Assembly: GCF_000025925.1 (NCBI RefSeq)
Contig: NC_014033.1
Coordinates: forward strand, 1,590,001 to 1,622,000
Direction of reading: 5' to 3'
DNA length: 32,000 nt
From: Xylanibacter ruminicola 23
GTDB taxonomy: Bacteria; Bacteroidota; Bacteroidia; Bacteroidales; Bacteroidaceae
In this document: positions 8,013 to 15,632 of the stretch, piece by piece
Position numbering within the stretch: the stretch's first letter is position 1
Layout: every line of letters starts with the position of its first letter
The notes under the pieces: model-generated
Database searches by the model: none
Seen by the model: only the letters and a program-made list of their open reading frames with translations
Told to the model about the DNA's origin: nothing
Program-made: the position numbers and the translations under genes

Positions 8013-8945
8013 ATGGAACATACTAAGTGTTTAATTATCGGTAGTGGCCCTGCTGGATATACAGCTGCCATTTACGCCTCGCGTGCCAACTTGAGTCCAA
8101 TCGAGTATAGCGGCATGCAGCCTGGCGGACAGCTCACTCAGACCACTGAGGTTGAGAATTTCCCTGGCTATCCTCAGGGTGTTGACGGCAACCAGATGAT
8201 GATGGACCTGCTGGAGCAGGCTCAGCGCTTTGGAACCGATATCCGTAACGGCGAGATTGTGAAGGTCGACTTCTCAAAGGCCCCCTACGTTTGCACAGCC
8301 GACGACGGCACAGAGATTGAGGCCGACACCGTGATTATCGCTACAGGCGCCTCAGCCAAGTACTTAGGTCTCGACGATGAGCGCAAGTATAACGGACAGG
8401 GCGTATCAGCCTGCGCTACCTGCGACGGATTCTTCTATCGCAAGAAGACAGTTGCCGTAGTTGGTGGTGGCGATACAGCTTGCGAGGATGCCCTTTACCT
8501 GGCAGGATTGGCCAAGAAGGTGTATCTGATTGTACGCAAGCCATTCCTTCGCGCCTCACAGGTGATGCAGCAGCGTGTGAAGGAGAACGGGAACATCGAG
8601 ATTCTGTTCGAACATAACACCCTTGGTCTTTATGGCGAGAATGGTGTCGAAGGTGCCCATCTGGTTAAGCGTAAGGGCGAAGCCGATGAGGAACTGGTTG
8701 ACATTGCTATCGACGGCTTCTTCCTGGCTATTGGCCATAAGCCCAATACCGACATCTTTAAGGAGTGGCTGGATATGGACGAAACAGGCTATCTGAAGAA
8801 GATTGACGGAACACCTAAGACCAAGGTTCCTGGTGTATTCGTAGCTGGCGACTGCGCCGACCCTGTATATCGTCAGGCTATCTCTGCTGCAGGTTCAGGT
8901 TGCCAGGCGGCTATCGAGGCTGAGAGATTCTTGTTGAATAAGTAA
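8013..8945 (+). CDS. trxB: Thioredoxin-disulfide reductase
   Basis: GSGPAGYTAAIYASRA FAD motif, redox-active CATCDG, and NADPH motif VVGGGDTACEDA. 310 aa. Lies 29 nt downstream of gpx, so a likely operon. Confidence 0.95.
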   Translation: MEHTKCLIIGSGPAGYTAAIYASRANLSPIEYSGMQPGGQLTQTTEVENFPGYPQGVDGNQMMMDLLEQAQRFGTDIRNGEIVKVDFSKAPYVCTADDGTEIEADTVIIATGASAKYLGLDDERKYNGQGVSACATCDGFFYRKKTVAVVGGGDTACEDALYLAGLAKKVYLIVRKPFLRASQVMQQRVKENGNIEILFEHNTLGLYGENGVEGAHLVKRKGEADEELVDIAIDGFFLAIGHKPNTDIFKEWLDMDETGYLKKIDGTPKTKVPGVFVAGDCADPVYRQAISAAGSGCQAAIEAERFLLNK

Positions 8946-8954
8946 TATAAATGA

Positions 8955-8984
8955 GAAAAGGCTCGTCTCACGACGAACCTTTTC
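8955..8984. terminator. Hairpin downstream of trxB
   Basis: AAAAGGCTCGTC-tcac-GACGAACCTTTT pairs at 11 of 12 positions, with one further closing G-C pair outside these arms (8955/8984). The A- and T-runs are part of the stem and there is no extra U-tail. Confidence 0.5.
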
Positions 8985-9183
8985 CCAAAAAAAATTACTT
9001 AAAAAACTAAATTAATCAACCATAAACCTTAACCATTAAAATCTTTTTCTGATGCAAAGATATGGCAAGTTTTTGAAATGGATGTTTAATTTAAGTTTTT
9101 TGTTGTTGAAAATGCGTGAACTAACGCAAAATGAACACAAAATCACTAATTTTATACATTTTAACGCTTAAAACGGCAAATTT

Positions 9184-9214
9184 TATCGAAAAAAGTTGAT
9201 TGATATCGAAAAAA
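9184..9214 (+). repeat. Perfect 11-bp direct repeat TATCGAAAAAA x2, 20-bp periodicity, abutting the HTCS promoter
   Basis: Copies at 9184-9194 and 9204-9214. The -7 box follows at 9219-9226. Confidence 0.8.
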
Positions 9215-9218
9215 TAAC

Positions 9219-9226
9219 TATTTTTG
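9219..9226 (+). promoter_or_regulatory. -7 promoter box TATTTTTG for the hybrid regulator
   Basis: TAnnTTTG match 22 nt upstream of the ATG at 9249. Confidence 0.5.
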
Positions 9227-9248
9227 CACAACCAATAATTATAAAAGT

Positions 9249-10946
9249 ATGGACAACCGTTTACTATTAGCCCTCATCATAATGGTAATTCTGACCATTA
9301 TTCTCCTCGTAGGAAGACGTTTATTCCTGCGAAACCAAAAGGTGCAAAGAAGATTACGACTCAGCGCCATATTTACAAATATTACGCACGAGCTTCTAAC
9401 TCCCCTATCAGTCATCTCGGCCTCTGTCGACAAGTTGCGCGACACCGAACCGCAGTACAGCCATGAATACGACTTGATGCAATTCAACATTCAGCGCATG
9501 GTGAGACTGTTACAGCAGATTCTGGAAACCAGCAAATCTGATGCGGGCCAGCTACGGTTGCTGGTTGCTCAGGGCGATGTAATGAAGTATATACGCCAAA
9601 CCGCCGAATGCTTGGAGCCACTTATTGCCAAGAAAGACATGAAGTTCAGTATCAACTGTCAGCCAGAAAGCATGATGGGCTGGATTGATACCGACAAGTT
9701 GGATAAGATTATCTATAACTTATTATCTAACGCAGCCAAATATGGCAAAGAAGGTGGCACCGTGTCGATCAGCGCCATCACCAACGATAAATACGACGAG
9801 GTAGAAATCAAGGTGAGCGACGATGGCGATGGTATCTCTGCCAAACAGATGAAACACCTGTTTAAACGCTTTCATGATGGCGATTACCGACAGCATCAGA
9901 CAAATGGAACTGGGTTAGGTCTGTCGTTAACGCAGGATCTGGTTTATCTGAACAGAGGAACCATCACCTGCCACAGCGAAGAGGGAAAGGGCACAGAGTT
10001 TATCGTCAGACTCCCTATCAAGAAAGAAGCCTTTGCACCTGATCAGATTGACGAAAAGCATAAGATTGATTTCAATATTCCTAAGAACACCATCGTAGAT
10101 ATCAATACCATCGTACCAGATGTGAATGCAGATCCAGAAGATCCTATTGAGGATGGCTATAAATTATTGGTAGTAGAGGACAATCTGGAATTACTGATGC
10201 TGATGCAGCAACTGCTAAAGACCACCTATCATGTTTACATAGCCCGCAATGGTGCCGAGGCTATAAAAGTGATACATGAAAAAGAGCTCGATCTGATTAT
10301 ATCAGATGTGATGATGCCCGAGATGGATGGTATCGAACTGACCAAAGCCGTAAAAGCCGACCCTAACTATAATCACCTGCCCATCATCCTGCTGACAGCC
10401 AAGACACAGGAGGAAGACGAGAAGGAAGCATTGCAAAGTGGAGCCGACGAATATCTGAGAAAGCCATTCCGCTTAGGCGATCTGAAACTACGCATCGATA
10501 ACATCATCGAGAATCGTAAACGCATGCAGACAGAATTCAGTCAGTTCAGTGCTGAGGAAGAAATAAAACACATTGCCAAAGCCCCAAGTCCCGACGAAGC
10601 TTTTGTTAATCAGGTTCTGGCAAACATCCATAAACACATCGACGACGAATCTTATGATCGCGATGCATTAGCTGCCGACATGGGCACCAGCGCTTCCACC
10701 TTATATAATAAGTTACGCTCTATCACTGGCATGAATGTATCGGCTTTTATTCGTGATGTAAGAATGAAAGAGGCCCGACGCCTGGGCATGGAGAACCCCA
10801 ACCTGCGTGTCAGCGATTTGGCTTATAGCGTTGGATTCCATGATCCACGCTACTTTGCTACTTGCTTTAAGAAACAGTTTGGCATTCAGCCGAAGGAGTT
10901 CTTGGAGAGTTTGCTGAACTCAAAACAAAAAGGGCCAGGAAGGTAA
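9249..10946 (+). CDS. Hybrid two-component system protein lacking a periplasmic sensor: TM - HisKA - HATPase - REC - AraC-type HTH
   Basis: Single N-terminal TM (aa 5-22). H-box ITHELLTPL (His47). N-box NLLSNAAKYG. G-box GTGLGLSL. Receiver LLVVEDN...DLIISDVMMPEMDG...LLTAK. C-terminal AraC HTH (...YSVGFHDPRYFATCFKKQFGIQPKEF). Confidence 0.9.
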   Translation: MDNRLLLALIIMVILTIILLVGRRLFLRNQKVQRRLRLSAIFTNITHELLTPLSVISASVDKLRDTEPQYSHEYDLMQFNIQRMVRLLQQILETSKSDAGQLRLLVAQGDVMKYIRQTAECLEPLIAKKDMKFSINCQPESMMGWIDTDKLDKIIYNLLSNAAKYGKEGGTVSISAITNDKYDEVEIKVSDDGDGISAKQMKHLFKRFHDGDYRQHQTNGTGLGLSLTQDLVYLNRGTITCHSEEGKGTEFIVRLPIKKEAFAPDQIDEKHKIDFNIPKNTIVDINTIVPDVNADPEDPIEDGYKLLVVEDNLELLMLMQQLLKTTYHVYIARNGAEAIKVIHEKELDLIISDVMMPEMDGIELTKAVKADPNYNHLPIILLTAKTQEEDEKEALQSGADEYLRKPFRLGDLKLRIDNIIENRKRMQTEFSQFSAEEEIKHIAKAPSPDEAFVNQVLANIHKHIDDESYDRDALAADMGTSASTLYNKLRSITGMNVSAFIRDVRMKEARRLGMENPNLRVSDLAYSVGFHDPRYFATCFKKQFGIQPKEFLESLLNSKQKGPGR

Positions 10947-12300
10947 GCGCACCATTCATCATCAGCAACTCATAACCGAACCGATAACCAGCCAAATGCC
11001 AGGTTATCTCATCAATAGCATAGCAAAGCAAAGGCGATGCGATGCAGATATAAGGCACATACCGATCGCGTGGCATACGTTTGGTAAGCATGCCAAAGGC
11101 AAAGAGTCCCAACAGCGGACCGTATGTATAGCCACAAATCGTATAGATGGCATCAATCACGCTTGTTGAGTTCAGCAGTCTGAACAGCAGAATCATCAAC
11201 ACAAACAAGATGCTGATACCCAGATGGGCACGCTTACGCAACTGCTCGTCGCCTGCCCTACCCCTGATATCTACGCAATAACTGGTGGTAAGCGATGTTA
11301 AAGCCGAATCGGCACTCGAGAACGAGGCTGCTACAATACCTATTGTGAAAGGAATCAGTACCGACAATCCGCTACGCTGAACAAATCCAGGCAGCAAAGT
11401 ATCTGATACGCCCGTTTCACCCAGCATCACCAGCAGAACACCCAACGACAAGAACAGCAGATTAGCAGGCACAAAAGCCACACCATAGGTACACATATCC
11501 TTCTGAGCCTCTTTCAGCGTTTTACATGTCAGGTTCTTCTGCATCATATCCTGATCAAGTCCGGTCATCACAATCACTATAAACACACCGCTCAGAAACT
11601 GTTTCCAGAAGTTCTGCTTCGAAACCCAGTCGTCCATCACAAACATACGACTATGTTCGTCGGCAGCTATCGCACTAACAGCCTCAGGTATCGCCATTCC
11701 CAGTTCGCCCACCACCTTATATATAATAAGGAGAAGGGCCGAGAACAGACAGATGGTTTGGAAAGTATCGGTCCATACCAGTGTTTTGATACCTCCACCC
11801 CTTGTATAAAGCCAGATAAGGGTCACCATCGCCGATACGGTTACCACAAACGGAATACCCATCTCATCGAACACAAACTGCTGCAGAATCATACAAACCA
11901 CATAGAAACGCACCACAGCGCCCGTCATCTTCGACAAAAGGAAAAACGAGGCACCTGTTTTATAGGCGCGAGGGCCTAATCGCTTTCCCAGATAGGAATA
12001 AATGGTTGTGAGATTCAAGCGATAGTAGAGCGGAAGCAGGATGAATGCAACTGCAAAATAACCCAGAATAAAGCCCAGACAGGTTTGCATATAAGTCATA
12101 TCGATACTGGTTACCATACCAGGCACCGATACAAAGGTTACACCAGATATCGACGCACCAACCATACCAAAAGCCACCATATACCATGGCGACTGACGAT
12201 TACCACGAAAGAAGGTATCGTTAGTAGCACGTCGTGCAGTTAGTCGACTGATGGCAAACAAAACTGCAAAATAGCCTAATATTATTGCAATCATCCACAT
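10867..12300 (-). CDS. Sodium:solute symporter (SSF/SLC5) family transporter
   Basis: Multi-TM protein with an N-terminal FFRGNRQSPWYMVAFGMVGASISGVTFVSVPG motif typical of SSS transporters. The start was set at ATG 12300 (MWMIAIIL) because a TAnnTTTG box (12310-12317) lies inside the TTG-started track extension. The 3' end overlaps the HTCS gene by 80 bp. Confidence 0.8.
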   Translation of the reverse strand: MWMIAIILGYFAVLFAISRLTARRATNDTFFRGNRQSPWYMVAFGMVGASISGVTFVSVPGMVTSIDMTYMQTCLGFILGYFAVAFILLPLYYRLNLTTIYSYLGKRLGPRAYKTGASFFLLSKMTGAVVRFYVVCMILQQFVFDEMGIPFVVTVSAMVTLIWLYTRGGGIKTLVWTDTFQTICLFSALLLIIYKVVGELGMAIPEAVSAIAADEHSRMFVMDDWVSKQNFWKQFLSGVFIVIVMTGLDQDMMQKNLTCKTLKEAQKDMCTYGVAFVPANLLFLSLGVLLVMLGETGVSDTLLPGFVQRSGLSVLIPFTIGIVAASFSSADSALTSLTTSYCVDIRGRAGDEQLRKRAHLGISILFVLMILLFRLLNSTSVIDAIYTICGYTYGPLLGLFAFGMLTKRMPRDRYVPYICIASPLLCYAIDEITWHLAGYRFGYELLMMNGALTFLALFVLSSANSPRTPSAECQTVS

Positions 12301-12309
12301 AATCGTGTG

Positions 12310-12317
12310 CAAAGGTA
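12310..12317 (-). promoter_or_regulatory. -7 promoter box TACCTTTG for the symporter
   Basis: TAnnTTTG match on the minus strand, 9 nt upstream of the ATG at 12300. Confidence 0.45.
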
Positions 12318-12370
12318 CACTTTTTTTCAAAATTATCAATTATCATTTATCAATTTTCAATTAATTGTGT

Positions 12371-12378
12371 TATCTTTG
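12371..12378 (+). promoter_or_regulatory. -7 promoter box TATCTTTG for trpB2
   Basis: TAnnTTTG match 65 nt upstream of the ATG at 12444. Confidence 0.5.
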
Positions 12379-12443
12379 CAGACGGTGATCGGCTTTGCCG
12401 CTTGCCTTAAGCAAGAATTCCAAATTCTAAAACGTATTATATT

Positions 12444-13805
12444 ATGTCTAAACAAAAAAAATTCATCCTCCAAGAGAGTGAGATTCCCACACAGTGGTAC
12501 AACATTCAGGCTGACATGCCAACCAAACCAATGCCTCCCATCCATCCTGCAACCAAGCAGCCTCTGGGTGTAGACGATCTGGCACACATCTTCCCTCGTG
12601 AGTGCTGTGTACAGGAGCTTGATACAGAGCATCGCTGGATAGATATTCCAGAAGAGGTGCTCGAGAAGTACAAGTTCTATCGTTCAACTCCATTGGTTCG
12701 TGCCTATGCGCTCGAGGAGGCTTTGGGAACACCTGCCCATATCTACTTTAAAAACGAGAGTACCAACCCATTGGGTTCACATAAAATCAACTCTGCCATT
12801 CCTCAGTGCTACTACGCCAAGCAGGAAGGCACCACTAACGTAACCACCGAAACCGGTGCCGGACAGTGGGGAGCAGCCCTTTCATACGCTGCAAAAATCT
12901 ACGGTCTCGACTGCGCTGTTTATCAGGTAAAGATTACCATGCAGCAGAAGCCATACCGCTCAAGCATTATGCGTACCTTTGGTGCTGTGGTCGAGGGTTC
13001 ACCTTCGATGTCAACCCGCGCCGGTAAGGACATCCTCACTAAGGATCCTACCCATTCAGGTTCATTAGGTACAGCCATCTCTGAGGCTGTTGAGCTGGCT
13101 ACTACCACTCCAAACTGTAAGTACACCTTAGGTTCGGTATTAAACCACGTAGGTTTGCATCAGACCATCATCGGTCTTGAGGCCGAGAAGCAGATGGAGA
13201 TGGCTGGCGAGTATCCTGATATCGTGATTGCTTGCTTTGGTGGAGGTTCTAACTTCGGTGGTATCGCCTTCCCATTCATGCGCCACAACCTGTGCGATGG
13301 CAAGAAGACCGAGTTTATCGCTGCCGAGCCCGACAGCTGTCCTAAGCTCACACGTGGTCAGTTCCGCTACGACTTTGGCGACGAGGCTGGTTACACCCCA
13401 TTGCTGCCTATGTTCACACTGGGTCATAACTTCAAGCCAAGCAACATCCACGCTGGTGGTCTGCGTTATCATGGTGCTGGTATGATTGTAAGTCAGCTGT
13501 TGAAGGACGGACTGATGCGTGGTGTTGATATCCCACAGCTTGAGACCTTCGAGGCTGGTATGCTATTTGCACGCACCGAGGGTATCATCCCTGCTCCTGA
13601 GAGCTGTCACGCTATTGCAGCCACCATCCGCGAGGCTAAGAAGTGCAAGGAAACTGGCGAGGAGAAGGTGATTCTCTTCAACCTCTCAGGTCATGGTCTG
13701 ATTGATATGCCAAGCTACGACTCATTCATCAAGGGCGACCTGCAGAACTACACCGTTACTGATGAGATGATTGCCGCTAACCTGGCCGAACTGGATAAGC
13801 AGTAA
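12444..13805 (+). CDS. trpB2: TrpB-like PLP-dependent enzyme (tryptophan synthase beta chain, TrpB2 class)
   Basis: 453 aa (long form). N-terminal IPTQWYNIQADMP extension typical of TrpB2. PLP-lysine context NESTNPLGSHKINSA. GGGSNFGG glycine loop. No other trp genes in the window. Confidence 0.85.
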   Translation: MSKQKKFILQESEIPTQWYNIQADMPTKPMPPIHPATKQPLGVDDLAHIFPRECCVQELDTEHRWIDIPEEVLEKYKFYRSTPLVRAYALEEALGTPAHIYFKNESTNPLGSHKINSAIPQCYYAKQEGTTNVTTETGAGQWGAALSYAAKIYGLDCAVYQVKITMQQKPYRSSIMRTFGAVVEGSPSMSTRAGKDILTKDPTHSGSLGTAISEAVELATTTPNCKYTLGSVLNHVGLHQTIIGLEAEKQMEMAGEYPDIVIACFGGGSNFGGIAFPFMRHNLCDGKKTEFIAAEPDSCPKLTRGQFRYDFGDEAGYTPLLPMFTLGHNFKPSNIHAGGLRYHGAGMIVSQLLKDGLMRGVDIPQLETFEAGMLFARTEGIIPAPESCHAIAATIREAKKCKETGEEKVILFNLSGHGLIDMPSYDSFIKGDLQNYTVTDEMIAANLAELDKQ

Positions 13806-13826
13806 TCTTATTTTATCAGAAATAGC

Positions 13827-13860
13827 AATCCCCACTCGCTTGAGTGGGGATTATTGTTTT
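13827..13860. terminator. Bidirectional rho-independent terminator between trpB2 and the convergent OMP gene
   Basis: Perfect 11-bp stem AATCCCCACTC-gctt-GAGTGGGGATT followed by ATTGTTTT. Confidence 0.75.
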
Positions 13861-13863
13861 CGC

Positions 13864-14649
13864 TTAGAAGATGCGACCAGTAATCGTAAGTTTCAGTACT
13901 GGATAAACGGTCCATTTATCAATGATCTTTGATAAGTCATCATCGCTATCGTTCAACTCGTTTATCTTAACCTCCTTATTGTCCTGATATACTTTAAGCT
14001 TTCCCATAAACTGGCAGCCAGCCTCGAAACGGAAGCCTACGCGATGCTTGGGCACCAGACGTCCCACACCCAGTCCAACATACGGACGGAAATTCTTTAC
14101 ACGGATATCGCCGTTGATATCACCATTCTCGTCGAACTTTACATTATATTTGTCAAGTTCGGCAGAGATGCTATTCAGAATCACATCCTTGAAAGTTGGA
14201 AAAGTAGTAATAGCACTCTGTATAGCATCGCTATGACCTGTCAGTTTGCCAAGTTTCTCACCACCAAACGAGAAACCACCAGCCACGAAGAAAGTAGAAT
14301 TGCCTCCAAATGGGTAGATGTTCAACTTTACATCCATTGTGGTACGCTTCAAATTGCCAGTAATCTTAACTTTGTCGTGGTTAGGAATAGTAACCTGTGC
14401 AGGAAGAACTCCGAGATTGTAATCTACGTTAACATCCCCTTTAATCTTAACGCCTGGCATAAAGTTCACCCCAGCACTCAGTTCCAGATAGTCGGTAATA
14501 GGTGCAGCTACACTCACACCGATACCCTCGGTGCTTGCCGATACATTCAAACCTAAGTGGTTAAAAACCCCACGCTCATAATACTCTTGTGCCGATGCAG
14601 TAGCTATTCCCATCAACAACGCAAAACATGCAATCAGTAGTTTTTTCAT
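13864..14649 (-). CDS. Outer-membrane beta-barrel protein (small porin/OmpA-barrel-like)
   Basis: Signal peptide MKKLLIACFALLMGIATASAQ, alternating beta-strand pattern, and a C-terminal aromatic residue (..TITGRIF). Confidence 0.65.
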   Translation of the reverse strand: MKKLLIACFALLMGIATASAQEYYERGVFNHLGLNVSASTEGIGVSVAAPITDYLELSAGVNFMPGVKIKGDVNVDYNLGVLPAQVTIPNHDKVKITGNLKRTTMDVKLNIYPFGGNSTFFVAGGFSFGGEKLGKLTGHSDAIQSAITTFPTFKDVILNSISAELDKYNVKFDENGDINGDIRVKNFRPYVGLGVGRLVPKHRVGFRFEAGCQFMGKLKVYQDNKEVKINELNDSDDDLSKIIDKWTVYPVLKLTITGRIF

Positions 14650-14693
14650 ATTCGTAAGTGTTTGATATTAGTAATAACAGTTCCTATCAATTG

Positions 14694-14701
14694 CAAAGAT
14701 A
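14694..14701 (-). promoter_or_regulatory. -7 promoter box TATCTTTG for the OMP gene
   Basis: TAnnTTTG match on the minus strand, 44 nt upstream of the ATG at 14649. Confidence 0.5.
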
Positions 14702-14740
14702 AATATATTCTTCCTAAAATGCAAATTTTTACTCTAAAAA

Positions 14741-14806
14741 AAAAGTACCTAAAGAAAAAATGCACTCTAAGTACTTTGCAATTGAAAAGTACCTAGAGTG
14801 CAAATT
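14741..14806 (-). repeat. Structured intergenic element copy 1 (three AAGTAC[T/C]T cores; minus orientation)
   Basis: Cores at 14743-14750, 14769-14776 and 14787-14794 (spacing 26 and 18). Its reverse complement aligns along its length with 30897-30957. Confidence 0.75.
14761..14802 (-). terminator. Rho-independent terminator of the bamD-rpoZ-DUF4293 operon (part of repeat copy 1)
   Basis: 17-bp stem TGCACTCTAAGTACTTT-gcaattga-AAAGTACCTAGAGTGCA with one mismatch. On the minus strand it is followed by TTTTTTCTTT. Lies 26 nt downstream of the stop at 14828. Confidence 0.7.
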
Positions 14807-14827
14807 ACACCTAAAACTTATCGTTTT

Positions 14828-15289
14828 TTATCGGATTCTATCCATCGAGCGAACCAGCTTTTCATCTGCCAGGATAGCTCGGCGAGCCATCAAGTAGAGT
14901 ATCAGCGAGATAGCTGGGAATACAGCTGGCCAAGAGGGACGGAAAACAACAGCTCCCCACGACTTATCGCCCACCATCTGACCTACAACAAAGAATACCA
15001 CATACCAACCAATGATAAACAACACATTGAACAAGCAGAACAAAGCCTGCATCTTACGGTTGTTATATATAAATATGGTGTAGGTAGCGATTACCGCTGT
15101 AGGCAGCAGTACAGCCATCAAGGGCCAGGTATCAAAATGATGCTTGCCAATGGGGTCGGTGTACCAAAGGTTATACACCTTTGCCACAGAGATACCACCC
15201 AACTTGAATGAGCCTATCTGCATACAAAGACAAATGACGGTCATAATAATGGCCGCCAAAAGATATAATGTCTGCTTACGCTGTATCAT
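14828..15289 (-). CDS. DUF4293-like small integral membrane protein
   Basis: Starts MIQRKQTLYLLAAIIMTV and has 4-5 TM segments. The start was chosen at ATG 15289 because the longer track ORF (to 15529) would overlap rpoZ out of frame. Lies 1 nt after the rpoZ stop. Confidence 0.7.
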   Translation of the reverse strand: MIQRKQTLYLLAAIIMTVICLCMQIGSFKLGGISVAKVYNLWYTDPIGKHHFDTWPLMAVLLPTAVIATYTIFIYNNRKMQALFCLFNVLFIIGWYVVFFVVGQMVGDKSWGAVVFRPSWPAVFPAISLILYLMARRAILADEKLVRSMDRIR

Positions 15290-15290
15290 A

Positions 15291-15629
15291 TTAATCTTCC
15301 TGGTTCTGGTTCTCGCGAGAAGGATCACGCCAGTAAACCTTATCCTCAATAAACTCCTGAGTAGCCAGAAGACTTGGTTTTGGCAGCTTTTCGTAGTAAC
15401 GAGAAATCTCGATCTGCTCACGATTCTCGAATACCTCCTCGAGTGAATCGTTATATGAAGCGAACTCAGCCAGCTTCTTAGAGAGATCGTCCTTAATCTG
15501 CAGACTGATCTGATTGGCGCGCTTGCCAATGATAGCTACACTCTCGTAGATGTTACCTGTGTCCTCACACAGATCCATAATGTTACGTGTTACGGTGTTA
15601 ACCGGTGCTTTTGACTTCTTATAATCCAT
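15291..15629 (-). CDS. rpoZ: DNA-directed RNA polymerase subunit omega (Bacteroidota long form)
   Basis: NIYESVAIIGKRANQI core omega motif. 112 aa. Positioned directly after bamD, as commonly seen in Bacteroidota. Confidence 0.7.
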   Translation of the reverse strand: MDYKKSKAPVNTVTRNIMDLCEDTGNIYESVAIIGKRANQISLQIKDDLSKKLAEFASYNDSLEEVFENREQIEISRYYEKLPKPSLLATQEFIEDKVYWRDPSRENQNQED

Positions 15630-15632
15630 ATC

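Noticed and set aside
14828-15529. Long N-terminal extensions offered by the ORF track (also 7020, 7363, 12339, 22733, 22798, 23660, 31980)
   Set aside because: The extensions either overlap the upstream gene out of frame, contain the gene's own TAnnTTTG promoter box, begin at TTG or GTG codons, or add residues upstream of N-termini I recognise as conserved (L31, Gpx, MenA). The shorter ATG starts were adopted. For wecB, the track start at 31980 is an internal GTG and the gene runs off the window.
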